The notes below the pieces were generated by a model, which had not been told where the DNA came from, ran no database searches, and saw only the letters and a list, made by a program, of their open reading frames with translations. This document shows, one piece after another, positions 19,435 through 30,447 of a DNA stretch of 64,000 nt (its first letter is position 1; every line of letters begins with the position of its first letter). The translations under genes were made by a program, and so were the position numbers. The stretch comes from an uncultured Planctomycetota bacterium (GTDB taxonomy: Bacteria; Planctomycetota; Planctomycetia; Isosphaerales; Isosphaeraceae): contig CAWGMQ010000010.1 of NCBI GenBank assembly GCA_963823665.1, forward strand, positions 2,304,001-2,368,000, in the 5' to 3' direction.

Positions 19435-22400
19435 TCAGGCGGGCTTCCGCAGGGCGGAGGACGCCGAGGCTTTTGTTGATTCGCCGGGATGGGCGAGAGC
19501 GAAGGCGATCACGTTGCGGACTTCGAGGTAGGCCTCGCCGCAGCAGGCTGCGAGCTCGCCGGCGGGCCGGCCTCGGTCCAGAATCCAGCGAGGCTTGCCA
19601 GCCAGGGCCTCCGGCGCGAGCTTCTCGAGACGATCGAGCTCGGCGGCGTCTTCGTAGAAGAAGCCGCGGGCCTCGTTCAGGATCAAAGAACCCACCCGTC
19701 GCGCATCCGGGTCCGGCGCCGAGTCGTTGAAGGAATGAAGCACGCTCCTGGCATGGAATACACAGGGGATGAGCGGCTCGGTGCGCGAGGCGAGCACCAG
19801 GCGGTCGGCCGCGGCCAGGTGGGAATGCACCACGTCGATTCGCAACAAGTGAGCGAGCTCGCCGAGCACAGTCGCGCAGCGCGCACGACGACGCGGTTTC
19901 TCGTCCGCGATCCGCTCATCGGCGAGCGACCAGGGATTGGGGCCGATCGTCCCCTCGACGAAAATCAGCCGAGGGCTCAACCGATGCTTCGTAGCGTCGT
20001 CGACCAGGTTCGGCCGGGCGTTACAGAGAAAAACGGCGTGCTCGCGCACCAGGGCATTGGCCAGCTCGATGACTCGTTCGGTTTCGTCGTGCGCTGCCAG
20101 GTCAGACACGACCAGAAGCACCCGGATCGCGCTCGGATCCTCGAGCCGTGAGTCGACGACCGAGCGCAGCCGCGCGACCGGTTCTTCCAGAAGTGCGTTC
20201 GCGGAGAGTGCAGGGCGTTTGAGATCGAGGCGCTCAGGAGAGCTCGTTGTATTCGAAGATGCTTCTCGCCAGACTGCCGGAGACCGCCCGTGCCGAGACC
20301 GGGTAGGTCTCGAGCACTCTCGCTTTGACGTAGAGCGATTCCTGTGCCTGCGAATCGTCGCGAATGCTCCGGTGGGTGACGGTCGCCTCGTGACGGCGGT
20401 AGAGGTTCAAGACTTCCGGCAGGTAATTCACTCGCGCCCCGCGGATGATCATCACGTAGAGCAGCCAGTCTCCGGCGAATTTGAGCTTCTTGAGCTCATC
20501 GGCGAAGTCGAGATGATCGGGCCTGCGAAAGACGACCGCGCTTGCGTTGGGGATCGTGTTCTTCTGGGAGAGGGCGAACTCGACTTCCTGGGCCGCAATC
20601 GCCGAAAAATGGCGGCGCCAGTGGACGGTGCAGATATCGTCGGTGTGCGCGAGGAAGTCGTCGGCGAGTCGCTCGCCTCGCGAACCGATCAAGGCCGACT
20701 GGCAATACGCCAGCGCGACGTCGGGATCAAAGAACTCTGGCACCAGCCGCTCGAGAAAGCACGGGTGGGCCGAGTCGTCCGATTCGGCGATCCAGACCAG
20801 ATCGCCGGTGGCCAGCGAAAGGCCCTTGAGCCATTGCAGGAAGGTGCTGCCGTTGTTCTTTTCGTTGACCACGATCTGGATCGGCACGCTCGAATTCCGG
20901 GCCAGGCGCCGCACGACCTCGACACTGTCATCCGGAGAGGCGTTGTCCAGAAAGATGATCTCATGAGGCGGCAGGGTCTGGTCGATGATGCTCTGGATCC
21001 GTTCCTCGAGATAGTGGGCGTAGCGATAGTTGGGAACGATCACCGAGACCTTGGGTCGCTGCGCAGGCCGGTAGTGGTAATCGGTCTGGAGGATTCCCAG
21101 AAGCTCGTGCAGGAAGCTTGTCCACGTGAAGCGGCTCCGGATTCGATCGCGGCCGCGGCGGCCCATCTCGAGCCGGAGCGGGTCGTCGGCGAGCAGGTCG
21201 CGAATGGCCCTTGCCATCGCGGCCAGATCGAGGTACGGAACACAGATACCGGCATCCCCGAGCACTTCGGGTGCCCCACCGGCGCCCGAGAACGCCACGA
21301 CCGCCATACCGCTTTCCATGGCCTCCATGTTGACCAGCGGACAGGGGTCTTCTCGCGACGTGAGTGCGAACAGGTCGGCGGCCATGTAGTAGGAAGTCAC
21401 CGTCCTGCGAGGTCCGACGAAGCGAATGCGGTCGTCGAGACCGCCGGACCGGCAGTCGTGCAACAGCCAGCGCCGCAGGGTTTCGTCAATGAATTCACCG
21501 ACCCAGACGAACCAGGTCCCGGGCTCTTCACCGGCCTCTGCCTCCTCGAGCAAGACCCTGCGTGCCACGTTGACGAAGAGGTCTGGCCCTTTTCTCAGAT
21601 CCACAGTTCCGCAGCCGAGCACGATCCTGGCATCATCAGGCAGCTCCAGCTCGCGGCGAACCTGGAGTCGAAGTGATCGGCGGTCGAGGCCCAGGGTGCG
21701 AGGATCCTGGCCGTTAAAATTCGTCTTGATCCGGTTCTCATCGATCCGGAATTGAGCGGCCAGCGCGGCCCGCACCGCCTGCGACGGCACCATGATCGTC
21801 CTGGACGCGCGCGCGATCACCTCGATCGACCGGTCTCCGCCCAGCAGTGAGATGAACGTCGGCAGCTCGTGAATCCAGGAGAGTACCTCGACGTGGAATT
21901 CGGCAAACGCCTCCGGGAACTGGCCGACGGCGAGCGTGTTGCACACGGCGACGCCGCGGCTCGAGAAGTCGTGAAATGCGGAGGCGATCAAACGGGGAAC
22001 GTCATGCCGCTTGAATCCCTGGGCCACGAGCCATTCGACTTCCAGGGTCGGGGCGAAGCGGGCGAACGAATCTGCAAGCTCGCCTCCCGTGAGCAGCACG
22101 ACAAAGCACTCGATTCCGGGCGTCTTCGAAAGTTCCTCCGCAACCCGAAGCAGGCAGAGCGGTGCGCCCGTGCGCCAGGCGCAATGGGAGACCAGAAGCA
22201 CCTTGAACTGGTCGGGCGATCGGTTTCCGGCGCCCTGTTCGTGCCCGAGGAATCGCCACGGCAGCCTGCGAAACCGGTCGACCGCCGTATCTTTTCGGCG
22301 AACGGCTCGTGCGAGAAACCCCATTTCGGCAGCGCACCGGGCAACACGGCTGCTGCGCAGCTTTCGGAGCAATTGCTCGTGAGCCCTCCGCAGCGTGACG

Positions 22401-22870
22401 CCGATGCCGATGGCGCGAGCTGTCTTCAAGAACCGTGAAGCCAGCATCCAGCAGCGGCCCAGAAGTGTTTCAGGACGGAGGATCCTGGTGCGCAAGCGAC
22501 TCAAGCGAGAAATCAGCAGCCAGCTCAGGCTGGACTGAATTTCGCTCAATCGATCTTCGGAAATCTCAAGCTCGCGCCGGAGAGCGACATTGCTCTTGCG
22601 TAACTCATCCAATTCCTTGCGAGCGTGCTTGAGCTCTTCATTGTGCAGCAGAGAGCGCGCTTGAAGAGATTCCTGCTCAAACGTCTCGTTTGCTTCCATG
22701 AATCGGCGGGCTCCGTCCAGCTCGGTGTCGAGCCGGGGTTTTATAGCAGCAGGCGCCCTATCTGGCAATCCAAACGCGTCAAGTCGCGCCTTGATCTGGA
22801 CACGGAACGCGATCTGCTGTACCAGATCACTGCATTTGGAAAGCCCATCGACCCTTTTCAGGACGCTCAA
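19435..22870 (-). CDS. Large multidomain glycosyltransferase (coiled coil, GT4, GT2, degenerate GT4 N-lobe); frameshift near 20236
   Basis: TGAP, RKGPDLF, SREDPCPLVNMEAM (GT4); VSVIVPNY, WIAESDD, GDW (GT2); reading continues in the 19435-20121 frame; start uncertain. Confidence 0.85.
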
Positions 22871-22884
22871 CCCACGGAGTTCTG

Positions 22885-24264
22885 ATGGCGACCAATCTCA
22901 CGGCGAATCGGATAGCGATTCGGATCAGAAACGCGCGCGGCAGGTTGGCGCGAGTCATCAATCGGCTGAGGAAGCCGGGAACGTCCAGAATCGTCCCTGC
23001 GGCGCTCGAGGCAGCGACCGCCCGCGCGGTTCTCGAAGTGACATCCATCGGAAACAAGCCGGTTGAGTCGGGCTTGCTGGCGATCGAGGGCTGGGCGTGT
23101 TCGGGTGAGGAGGTGCTCAAGGAAGGTTTGGTCGAGCTGGCGGTCGACGATGAGAAAGAATGGGTAGAGCTCACGAACCGCGTAGACCGCCCGGGCGGCT
23201 CGACCGGGAACGATGGAGCTCGAACCGGCTTCCAGGCTGCGATCAACACGTTCCTGCTTTCCAACGGCGCCCACCGGGCTCGTTTGCGGGTGAAGACCGG
23301 TTCCGGACAGGTCGCCGCGAACAGAGACGCCACGTTTCGGGTGCACAACTCCGGCTCGCTTGCCGAGACCACGACTCGCCTCATCAAGAGTGCCGCTGGC
23401 CACAAACGAATCCTGGTTGACCCGATCGACTCGTCGGATTTTCCGTTCGCCAAAGCCGGCGAGGTGGCATGGTTCGAGCGACCAGACGCCGAGCGCCATG
23501 TCGCCGACGTCATGCGCCGGCACGGCCTGCCGGCGATGTACGAACCCCACTTACATCATTTTCTGCGCGAGGGCTACATCGTCCTCGAAGGTCTGGTACC
23601 GCAGGAGGTTTGCCAGCAAATCAACAGTGACATGGATGCCCTGTTCGCCACGGGCTTCTATCGGCTCGAGTTCAAGGGGCAACGATTCGAGCACTTGTAC
23701 GAGCACAGCAAGGCGACGCGCGATCTCTGGACTCACCCCGAAATCCTGAAACTGCTCACCGCCATCTTCGACGACCAGGCCGTCCCCTGTCAGACGCTCA
23801 ACTTCATCCACGGCAGCCAGCAGGGAATTCACCACGACCTGATCCATTTGACGCCCTTTCCCCAGGGCCTCATGTGCGGGGTTTGGGTGTCGCTCGAGGA
23901 CATCCACCCCGACGCCGGTCCGCTCATCGTCTATCCCGGGAGTCACCGCCTGCCTCGACTCTACACTCGCACGGTCGGCACCGAGAAAGTTCGTCCGGGC
24001 TCGAGCTGGGCGGAATTTGCAGCCCGGTATTCACCGAAGGTTATGGAGCAGATCAACCAGGCCGGGCTCGAGCCGGTGTACTATACCCCGAAGGCGGGCT
24101 CGGCACTGATCTGGCACGAAAACCTGGCGCACGGCGGCTCACCCCGCAAGAATGACGAGTTGACTCGCAAGTCGATGGTGAGCCATTACTTTGCCCGCGG
24201 CTCCGTCGCCTTCTACGACAGCACGGGCGTACCCGCCGGGAAGTCACCCGCGGACGACGATTGA
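22885..24264 (+). CDS. PhyH-family Fe(II)/2-oxoglutarate dioxygenase with N-terminal beta-sandwich-like domain
   Basis: REGYIVL, GSQQGIHHD, WVSLEDI, GPLIVYPGSH, IWHENLAHGG, TRKSMVSHY. Confidence 0.85.
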   Translation: MATNLTANRIAIRIRNARGRLARVINRLRKPGTSRIVPAALEAATARAVLEVTSIGNKPVESGLLAIEGWACSGEEVLKEGLVELAVDDEKEWVELTNRVDRPGGSTGNDGARTGFQAAINTFLLSNGAHRARLRVKTGSGQVAANRDATFRVHNSGSLAETTTRLIKSAAGHKRILVDPIDSSDFPFAKAGEVAWFERPDAERHVADVMRRHGLPAMYEPHLHHFLREGYIVLEGLVPQEVCQQINSDMDALFATGFYRLEFKGQRFEHLYEHSKATRDLWTHPEILKLLTAIFDDQAVPCQTLNFIHGSQQGIHHDLIHLTPFPQGLMCGVWVSLEDIHPDAGPLIVYPGSHRLPRLYTRTVGTEKVRPGSSWAEFAARYSPKVMEQINQAGLEPVYYTPKAGSALIWHENLAHGGSPRKNDELTRKSMVSHYFARGSVAFYDSTGVPAGKSPADDD

Positions 24265-24302
24265 TCTTCGCTTCTGGCAGCTTCCCAATCGCTCGCGGAG
24301 CG

Positions 24303-25439
24303 TCACGCCGGCTTCGACCAGCGTCGCCAAGCTGCGCGAGCAGAGCGGGCAAGGCGACGAGCCGGCGGAGGAGTCTTCTCGCGCAGGAGTCGAAGGAACG
24401 AAATCGGCGGCACGCTGGCGCCGTGGCCTTCATACCAGTTGTAGTAGGATCGGTTGGCATCGCTGGTCTGGTAGGGATCGGGAAAGCCGTGAATGAGGTC
24501 TTCCCGGTGGCGATAGGTCAGACGATGGCGCTCCGTGATCCGCTGGCCGTTCTCGAACGAATTGTAGATGCATTCGAGGCCGCCCAAGGTTGACTGCCCC
24601 AGCTCCTCGCACCGCGCGATGTACCAGTCGCGCAACTCGAAGAGCACGGGGCTGTGCGCCCCGTATCGATCGAGCATGATCTTCTGGGCGCCGCTGTCGA
24701 AGCCCGAAAAGTGGTAAAACACGAGAGGGCGACCGTTGATCAGGATTTCATAGGGCGCGGATCCGGTGGCAGTACGGTGGGTCAGATTCCAGGTTGCGAC
24801 ATTGTACTGTGGGTCGCGCATGATCTTGATGTCGTCAAAGAACGCCGGTGCCAGGTCGATCCAGCGCTGATCGGTGAACAGGCCCGAAGGGATATCGTCG
24901 TAGCAGAAACGGCGCAGCCGATCGGCCCACCAGTCGACGAAGCTGCGCCCCTCTTCGGTCATTCGCACGGCAAGGAACCCAAGGTTATAGACACCGTGCT
25001 TCAAGGAGCAGACTTCGTTATCGATCATCGCCTGCAGATCGGTTTCGGGTTTACATTGGTGCGGTGTGAGCAGAACACTGCACCCGTCGAGCGTGCGCTC
25101 CATGTCGTCGAGGGACCCCAGCACCACGATGTCCGGATCAAAGTAGTAGATGCGCTCGGCACCGAACCGGTCGGCGATGTACTGGAAAGCGGTACCCTTC
25201 ACGGCCGTGCAGAGCTCCACGAGCCGATGTTTGAAAATCCACGAATTCAGATTCTCGATGGGAAGGTCGGTGACGTTGATGATGGAATCGAAGGGAGCCG
25301 TGACGCTTTCCGGGCAGTCCGGCATCCGGTCGCACAGGACGAGATGAAACACCGCCTGGGGATGCTGCCGCTTGACTGAATGAGCCAGCGCGGCGGCCTT
25401 GGGCAGGTAGTTTGCAGTGATGCTCGTAAATACGTGCAT
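24303..25439 (-). CDS. GT-A fold (GT8-like) glycosyltransferase, copy 2 (intact)
   Basis: Same motifs as 7566-8695; AGGAG RBS; shared tail AWRRWSKPA. Confidence 0.88.
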   Translation of the reverse strand: MHVFTSITANYLPKAAALAHSVKRQHPQAVFHLVLCDRMPDCPESVTAPFDSIINVTDLPIENLNSWIFKHRLVELCTAVKGTAFQYIADRFGAERIYYFDPDIVVLGSLDDMERTLDGCSVLLTPHQCKPETDLQAMIDNEVCSLKHGVYNLGFLAVRMTEEGRSFVDWWADRLRRFCYDDIPSGLFTDQRWIDLAPAFFDDIKIMRDPQYNVATWNLTHRTATGSAPYEILINGRPLVFYHFSGFDSGAQKIMLDRYGAHSPVLFELRDWYIARCEELGQSTLGGLECIYNSFENGQRITERHRLTYRHREDLIHGFPDPYQTSDANRSYYNWYEGHGASVPPISFLRLLREKTPPPARRLARSARAAWRRWSKPA

Positions 25440-25533
25440 TTTTACTCCTGTGTAGGCCATGCGGATCGATTGCGGGAATCCTGTCGAGCTCCGCGGGCAA
25501 GCCGCCTGCGACGAGAGGCCCTGGTTCCGGACC

Positions 25534-27313
25534 TCACTGGTAGAGCGGAATGGCCGGTCCGCGATCGAAATGCGGTCTCGAGTCGGTGTTCGAGCAGCTC
25601 CGGCACGCAGTGCCGAGAAAGCCGGCCAGCTCGGCCTTCGTGAAGTCGTAGTAGGAGGTCAGGAGCCTGGAGTAGGCTGCCGCGGGTGCCGGCTCAAGCG
25701 GCGTCGCGCCCGTCGACAATAAATGAGCGCATGAAACGAGCGCGTCGTTGATCTGGTCGGCACGCGATTCGAGAGGCAGGACTTTACTCCACTTCCAGTT
25801 TCGCAGCCGCTCGGCCTGCGCACCGAGGTCGAAGGACACGACGAACATCCTTGCGGCCAGGGCGACTGATAGCGTGTACATGAACGTCTCGGGCCAGAGC
25901 GACGGCAAGAAAGCCAGATGACAGCGTTCATTCCTGAGGCGATGGAACACTTCGCGCTCGCGATACGCTCCGGTGATGTGAACGTTGCCGAGCCGGGCGA
26001 ACTCGCGGTCGCGGTCAGTCGATCCCACGACGTGGAATTCCAGCGGGAGCTGACGGCCGAGCGCATCGCGAGCGCAAGCGAGAAGTGCCTCGGAGCCTTT
26101 GATCTGAACGATCGAGCCGAGCACCGCGACGCGAACCACGTCACCGGAGCGCAAGGGCGCCGCGACGCTCGCCAAGTCGGGCAGGCTCTCGAAATGGGGC
26201 CGGAGTAGAATCGGCAAGTCTGGGAAATAACGCCTCAACCTGCGGCGAACATCGTCGCTGGGCGCGAACACCCGGCGAGCGTTCTGGAGGCTGCGTGAAA
26301 AGCGATCTCGCCAGCTCGCGATCGAATCGGCGACACGCTTGCCATTGTAGTCACCCAGACGGGCCAGGCAGCGATTGCAGCCCTCCTCATCCGGCTCGCC
26401 GCAATAACTCCCGTTCGCCCGATTGAGATGCGCTCGGGGGCAGATCGCGAAATAATCATGGATGGTCCAGTCATAAGAGACGCCGGACTCGGGTAGCCAT
26501 TCGAGGAAGCTAGGCGGCAGCCCCATCACATGATGAACGTGCGCGTGCACCGGCCTGAGCAGTTGCAGCAGCTCGTCGAAGCTCTCGCGATCGCCAGGAA
26601 ACTCTCGGGACCACAGGACGTACCAGAAATCGTCGCGCTCTTCCGTGATCAGGGAACCCGTCGCGCCGGCGCGAACAAGTACCGGGCGCACTCCCTCGTG
26701 CTTGAGAGCCGCCGCGAGCTCACGAACGTGTCGCTCTGTGCCACCGCCGCCCCGGTGAGTGACCAGAAGGAAGACCGGCTTCTCGTTCGACGGGTGAAGA
26801 GCCCTGGTTTCACTGCGCAGGGTTCCGGGAACGGCTTCTCTGTCGTGGAGAATCGATCCTGCCGGCCGGCTCGCCGCTTGGGGCTAAATCGGACGCGCCG
26901 CTCATCGGAACTGCCGGCGAGCGGTGACGCAATCGAGAGAGTGCGATCGCCCGGCGAAGTTTGCTCAGAAACTGGGCCAACTGCCAGCTTCTCGACGATT
27001 GGATCTCGGCGAGCGCCGACTCGTAATGGCGGACCCTGGCGCACTCGTGCTCCAGCTCGTTCCTGAGTGGGGTCAGCACGACACCCCTGTCCTCGAGCTC
27101 GGCAATCTCGCGATGCAAACCGACGACGATCGCTTGCTCTTGTTCGAGCTCGCGGCTCACCTGCGCAAACACGGCATCCTGATCACGCCTGTCGCGCCGA
27201 GCTCGGGCAATGAATGATCGATTGACTCGGAGCCTGGACGATGAACCGAGTTGATTCGACCAGAACTCATACAGCCTCCCATCCGTGAGCTCTTGCTCCG
27301 GCGCCGATCGCAT
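25534..27313 (-). CDS. GT4-like glycosyltransferase, copy 2, with N-terminal coiled coil; frameshift near 26820-26885
   Basis: KPVFLLVTHRGGGGTERH upstream of 26691 in frame, TIHDYFAICPR, PSLWPETFMYTLS; coiled coil with EIQSSRSW in the 26810-27319 frame. Confidence 0.82.
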
Positions 27314-27351
27314 ATACACACATTTACAATACTATTCCAAGAAGGCGGCTG

Positions 27352-27380
27352 ACTTTATCTGAGCCGCGCGGGGCTGTCAA
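27352..27380 (-). promoter_or_regulatory. Sigma70-type promoter for the 27313 GT cassette
   Basis: TTGACA-17 nt-TAAAGT on the minus strand, about 40 bp upstream of the ATG. Confidence 0.65.
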
Positions 27381-27453
27381 CCGATTCCTCAGCGAGACTT
27401 ACGACGCTTGTGGTTCCACCTCCCTACGAGCGGCCGGCTGAGGGTGCGGCCCC

Positions 27454-28407
27454 TTAGCGGGTCATGACAATGACGACCTGTTCGTTCAAGAGGTCGTCGC
27501 GTGAATACAGCTCGAGCAGATCGGGTGGGATCTCGTAGGGAGAGTCTTGTGTCGTGAGGAAAGAGTGAGTCGTGAAGCCCGCCTTCTGAACGTGCTCGGT
27601 CAGCTCCTTGACGGTGATGCGGTTGAGGCTATGGAACCCGTCGATGATCATGTCGCAAACGGAATCCACCGATCGCTCGTCGAAGCCCGCGTCACGATGG
27701 GCCGCAGGCACGTTGTCCAAGCTTCCTGTGCGAAGTCGTTTGAACAACTCCTCCTGCGACAGCTTGAGATGGACCCAGGGCTCATCGAGAATGTGCCGGA
27801 GATGGCCACCATGCGGCGAGTAGTAAAGCGGCGCTATCTGGAGAAAGAAAGCCCCTCCCGGCCTGAGCACCCGGTGGATCTCGCCGAGAGCGAATGGGAC
27901 ATCGGCGACGTGCTCGAAGACGGACCATGCAAATACGCCGTCGAATGTGCCGGTTTCAAAGGCCAGGGGTTCGTCGGCGCGAACGCGTTTCAGGCTGACT
28001 TTCGGGAACCCATTTCCGGGGCCGAACATCCTGTCGAATCGATCCTCGACTCCAACGAAATCGGGCATGACATCGACGCCGTGGACTTCCCTGACGAACC
28101 GCGCCAGGCCCTTGGCCATGAGACCTTCGCCGCAGCCGAAGTCGAGGATCTTCGATTCCTTGAGCGGCAGCAGCTCGGCCAGTTGCGTGGCAACGATTCG
28201 TGGCACCTTGATGAAGTGCTCGTAAAACCAAAGATCGTGGGTGGCGAGAGCCTCAAGCTCGGGCGATTCCGGAGGCAAAGGCACTGGGGGAGCCGGAGCC
28301 GCCGCTTGCGCTGCGTGAGACGGCCGCAAAGCGCGGCGGAGCGAGCAAGGCGCCCATCGGCTCCGTAGCACGCGACCGACAATCCGGCGAAGGGTTTTGG
28401 CCGGCAT
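27454..28407 (-). CDS. Class I SAM-dependent methyltransferase
   Basis: ILDFGCGEG, GVDV, FDGVFAWSVFEHV, VLRPGG, PLYYSPHGGH. Confidence 0.88.
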   Translation of the reverse strand: MPAKTLRRIVGRVLRSRWAPCSLRRALRPSHAAQAAAPAPPVPLPPESPELEALATHDLWFYEHFIKVPRIVATQLAELLPLKESKILDFGCGEGLMAKGLARFVREVHGVDVMPDFVGVEDRFDRMFGPGNGFPKVSLKRVRADEPLAFETGTFDGVFAWSVFEHVADVPFALGEIHRVLRPGGAFFLQIAPLYYSPHGGHLRHILDEPWVHLKLSQEELFKRLRTGSLDNVPAAHRDAGFDERSVDSVCDMIIDGFHSLNRITVKELTEHVQKAGFTTHSFLTTQDSPYEIPPDLLELYSRDDLLNEQVVIVMTR

Positions 28408-28469
28408 CGCTGTCCTTCCTTGGACGGGAGAATGAGCTCGAGAGCCCGGACCGGGTAGGGTAGCGAAGC

Positions 28470-28497
28470 ATTATATGAGATGGGCGGACGCACACAA
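28470..28497 (-). promoter_or_regulatory. Possible sigma70 promoter
   Basis: TTGTGT-16 nt-TATAAT upstream of the 28407 methyltransferase. Confidence 0.4.
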
Positions 28498-28542
28498 GCT
28501 GACTTGCAATTCCCTGCGCGAGCGCGCGCTTATCGTGAAATC

Positions 28543-30288
28543 TTATCGGCGGCGAGAACCGCGGAACCGCGTGATTTTGCGTCGGAATCGCGCGTGCAAT
28601 GCCGTTTTCAGGCCGTGCCACGACTCGCGAACACCCGGCGGATCAGTTGCATTCGTGCATTGCCGCGAGTTCCTATTGGACCAATCGACGATTGCCTCAC
28701 GCAATGAGCGCCGCAGACACAATGAGCGAACGGATGGGTGCAAGATGGCTGAACGATATGCCTCGAAAGTCGCGCGTGCGGTTTTTTCCCAACTGAAATC
28801 GCGGACACGGTGGTATCCCCGTTTGCGCAGATTTTCACGCAGCGCTCTGTCGGCGGCGACGGATTGCATGGCGCGGCAAAGCGAATCGGGCGACAGGCTG
28901 TCGGCGAAGAGCGCGCCGTCGCCGCAGACCTCCGGCATGGCCGATGCCGGCAGTGCGATCACGGGCGTGCCGAGGGCCATCGCTTCGAGCGGCGGCAAGC
29001 CGAACCCTTCGTAGAGGGAGGCGAACACGAGCGCCTCGGCATGTGCGTAGAGACGAACGAGATGCTGCTGCGGGACGGGACCGAGAAAGACCACGCCGCT
29101 GGGGGCAGCCGCGTGCTCAAGATCGGGATACAGGGCGTTACGCGCGCCAGAGGAATAACCGGCGAGAACCAGGCCTGGAGGCTCACCGCGGTTCCATCGC
29201 GCTCTCAGACGCGCATACGCGTCGAGCAGCGTAGCCAGGTTCTTGTGAGGATAGTCGCTCGACACGCTGAAAAAGTATCGCTCCGGCATGCGGCGGATCG
29301 GTCGGATCGCCCTGGCATCGGCCGCGTTTCCATGCTCTGCTCCGTGCATGACGACTGGGATTTCCGAGTGCGGGATGCCAAATTCGGCGGCGATCTCGTC
29401 TCGTACACTGTGCGATATCGCGATGACCCGCTGCACGGCCGGCAGCACGAGCCGGCTGGTTGCGCGATAGGTGTCAAACCTCGACTCCGAAGCAAACACC
29501 AGAGGAATGCGGAATGCGATCAAGTCTTGATAGGTGATCACCAGGTGAGCATTTGACTCGAAGAGCAGGCGGAGCTCTCCGGGATCGAGCACCTGCGCGG
29601 GCTTGTGGATCAAGTCGACGTCGTCGGCCCATGCCGCGGCAGGGACGATGCGTCCGCGCAATCCCCGGGCCTGGGCCGGGTTTTGAACCAGGAGCGTGAG
29701 CTCGAGCTCGGGCAGCTTGACCAGCTCGCGGGCGAGGCTGACGGCGTACGTGCGGGTGCCGACCTGCTCTCGAGGCAGGTCGCGCAGGTCGAGCGCGACC
29801 CGGAGTTTTCCAAGGCTTTCGACCCGGGAATCACATGATGCCCGGCATCGGGCTGGTTCGCCTGCGTTCGCTCGGTGCGCGGCGTCATGCGCGATGCTCG
29901 CCTCGGCGCGCGACTGGCTGGACAATCCACCCTCCCGAGGAGTCGGAGCCCTCAACGCCACAAGACAACGGCGATGGACGGTTTCTGTGAAGTAAGCCAC
30001 GGAACCCGATCGAAGACGATGACCCGGCGCGGCGCATGCTAGTGTTTCCTTCAACTTTGGTCCAGCCCCGGTTGGCCCGGCAAAGACAATTCGGTCCAAG
30101 GATCGGTTGTGGGCGGCTGGCTCCCCCGGTATCCACGATTCCGAACTGAGCTTGTCGCTTTGGCCCGAAACAGCTAAGAAATGCCACTGGGATGCCATCA
30201 TGCCTGCTGAGATTGTACCGGCAAGGGGAACAGGATGTTCAGGAATCCTCGAGCCAGTCGCCGCCGCCCGTGCCGGAGCCGAGCTCAC
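28543..30288 (-). CDS. GT4 glycosyltransferase; true start probably near 29830-29960
   Basis: GTRTY, PHKNL, YEGFGLPPLEAMALGTPV, FSWEKTA; the first ~140 ORF residues do not look protein-like. Confidence 0.85.
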   Translation of the reverse strand: MSSAPARAAATGSRIPEHPVPLAGTISAGMMASQWHFLAVSGQSDKLSSESWIPGEPAAHNRSLDRIVFAGPTGAGPKLKETLACAAPGHRLRSGSVAYFTETVHRRCLVALRAPTPREGGLSSQSRAEASIAHDAAHRANAGEPARCRASCDSRVESLGKLRVALDLRDLPREQVGTRTYAVSLARELVKLPELELTLLVQNPAQARGLRGRIVPAAAWADDVDLIHKPAQVLDPGELRLLFESNAHLVITYQDLIAFRIPLVFASESRFDTYRATSRLVLPAVQRVIAISHSVRDEIAAEFGIPHSEIPVVMHGAEHGNAADARAIRPIRRMPERYFFSVSSDYPHKNLATLLDAYARLRARWNRGEPPGLVLAGYSSGARNALYPDLEHAAAPSGVVFLGPVPQQHLVRLYAHAEALVFASLYEGFGLPPLEAMALGTPVIALPASAMPEVCGDGALFADSLSPDSLCRAMQSVAADRALRENLRKRGYHRVRDFSWEKTARATFEAYRSAILHPSVRSLCLRRSLREAIVDWSNRNSRQCTNATDPPGVRESWHGLKTALHARFRRKITRFRGSRRR

Positions 30289-30447
30289 TACTCATCTTTG
30301 CGGGCTTGGCGGCCGCGATTTCCGTGCATCGCCGCATGAATCGCAAGCCCAAACAGCGGTGATGGGAGTCGCGTGGCGCGCCTCGTCGTCGCGCTCGACC
30401 GAAAAATGGCGGCCGAGGACAGAAGGTCAAGAGAAGCGGCGGGGACC

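Noticed and set aside
19937..21676. Long antisense ORFs (also 40121-41374, 48836-49987, 60636-62243 and others)
   Set aside because: Shadow frames of well-supported genes, expected in GC-rich DNA, with no motifs
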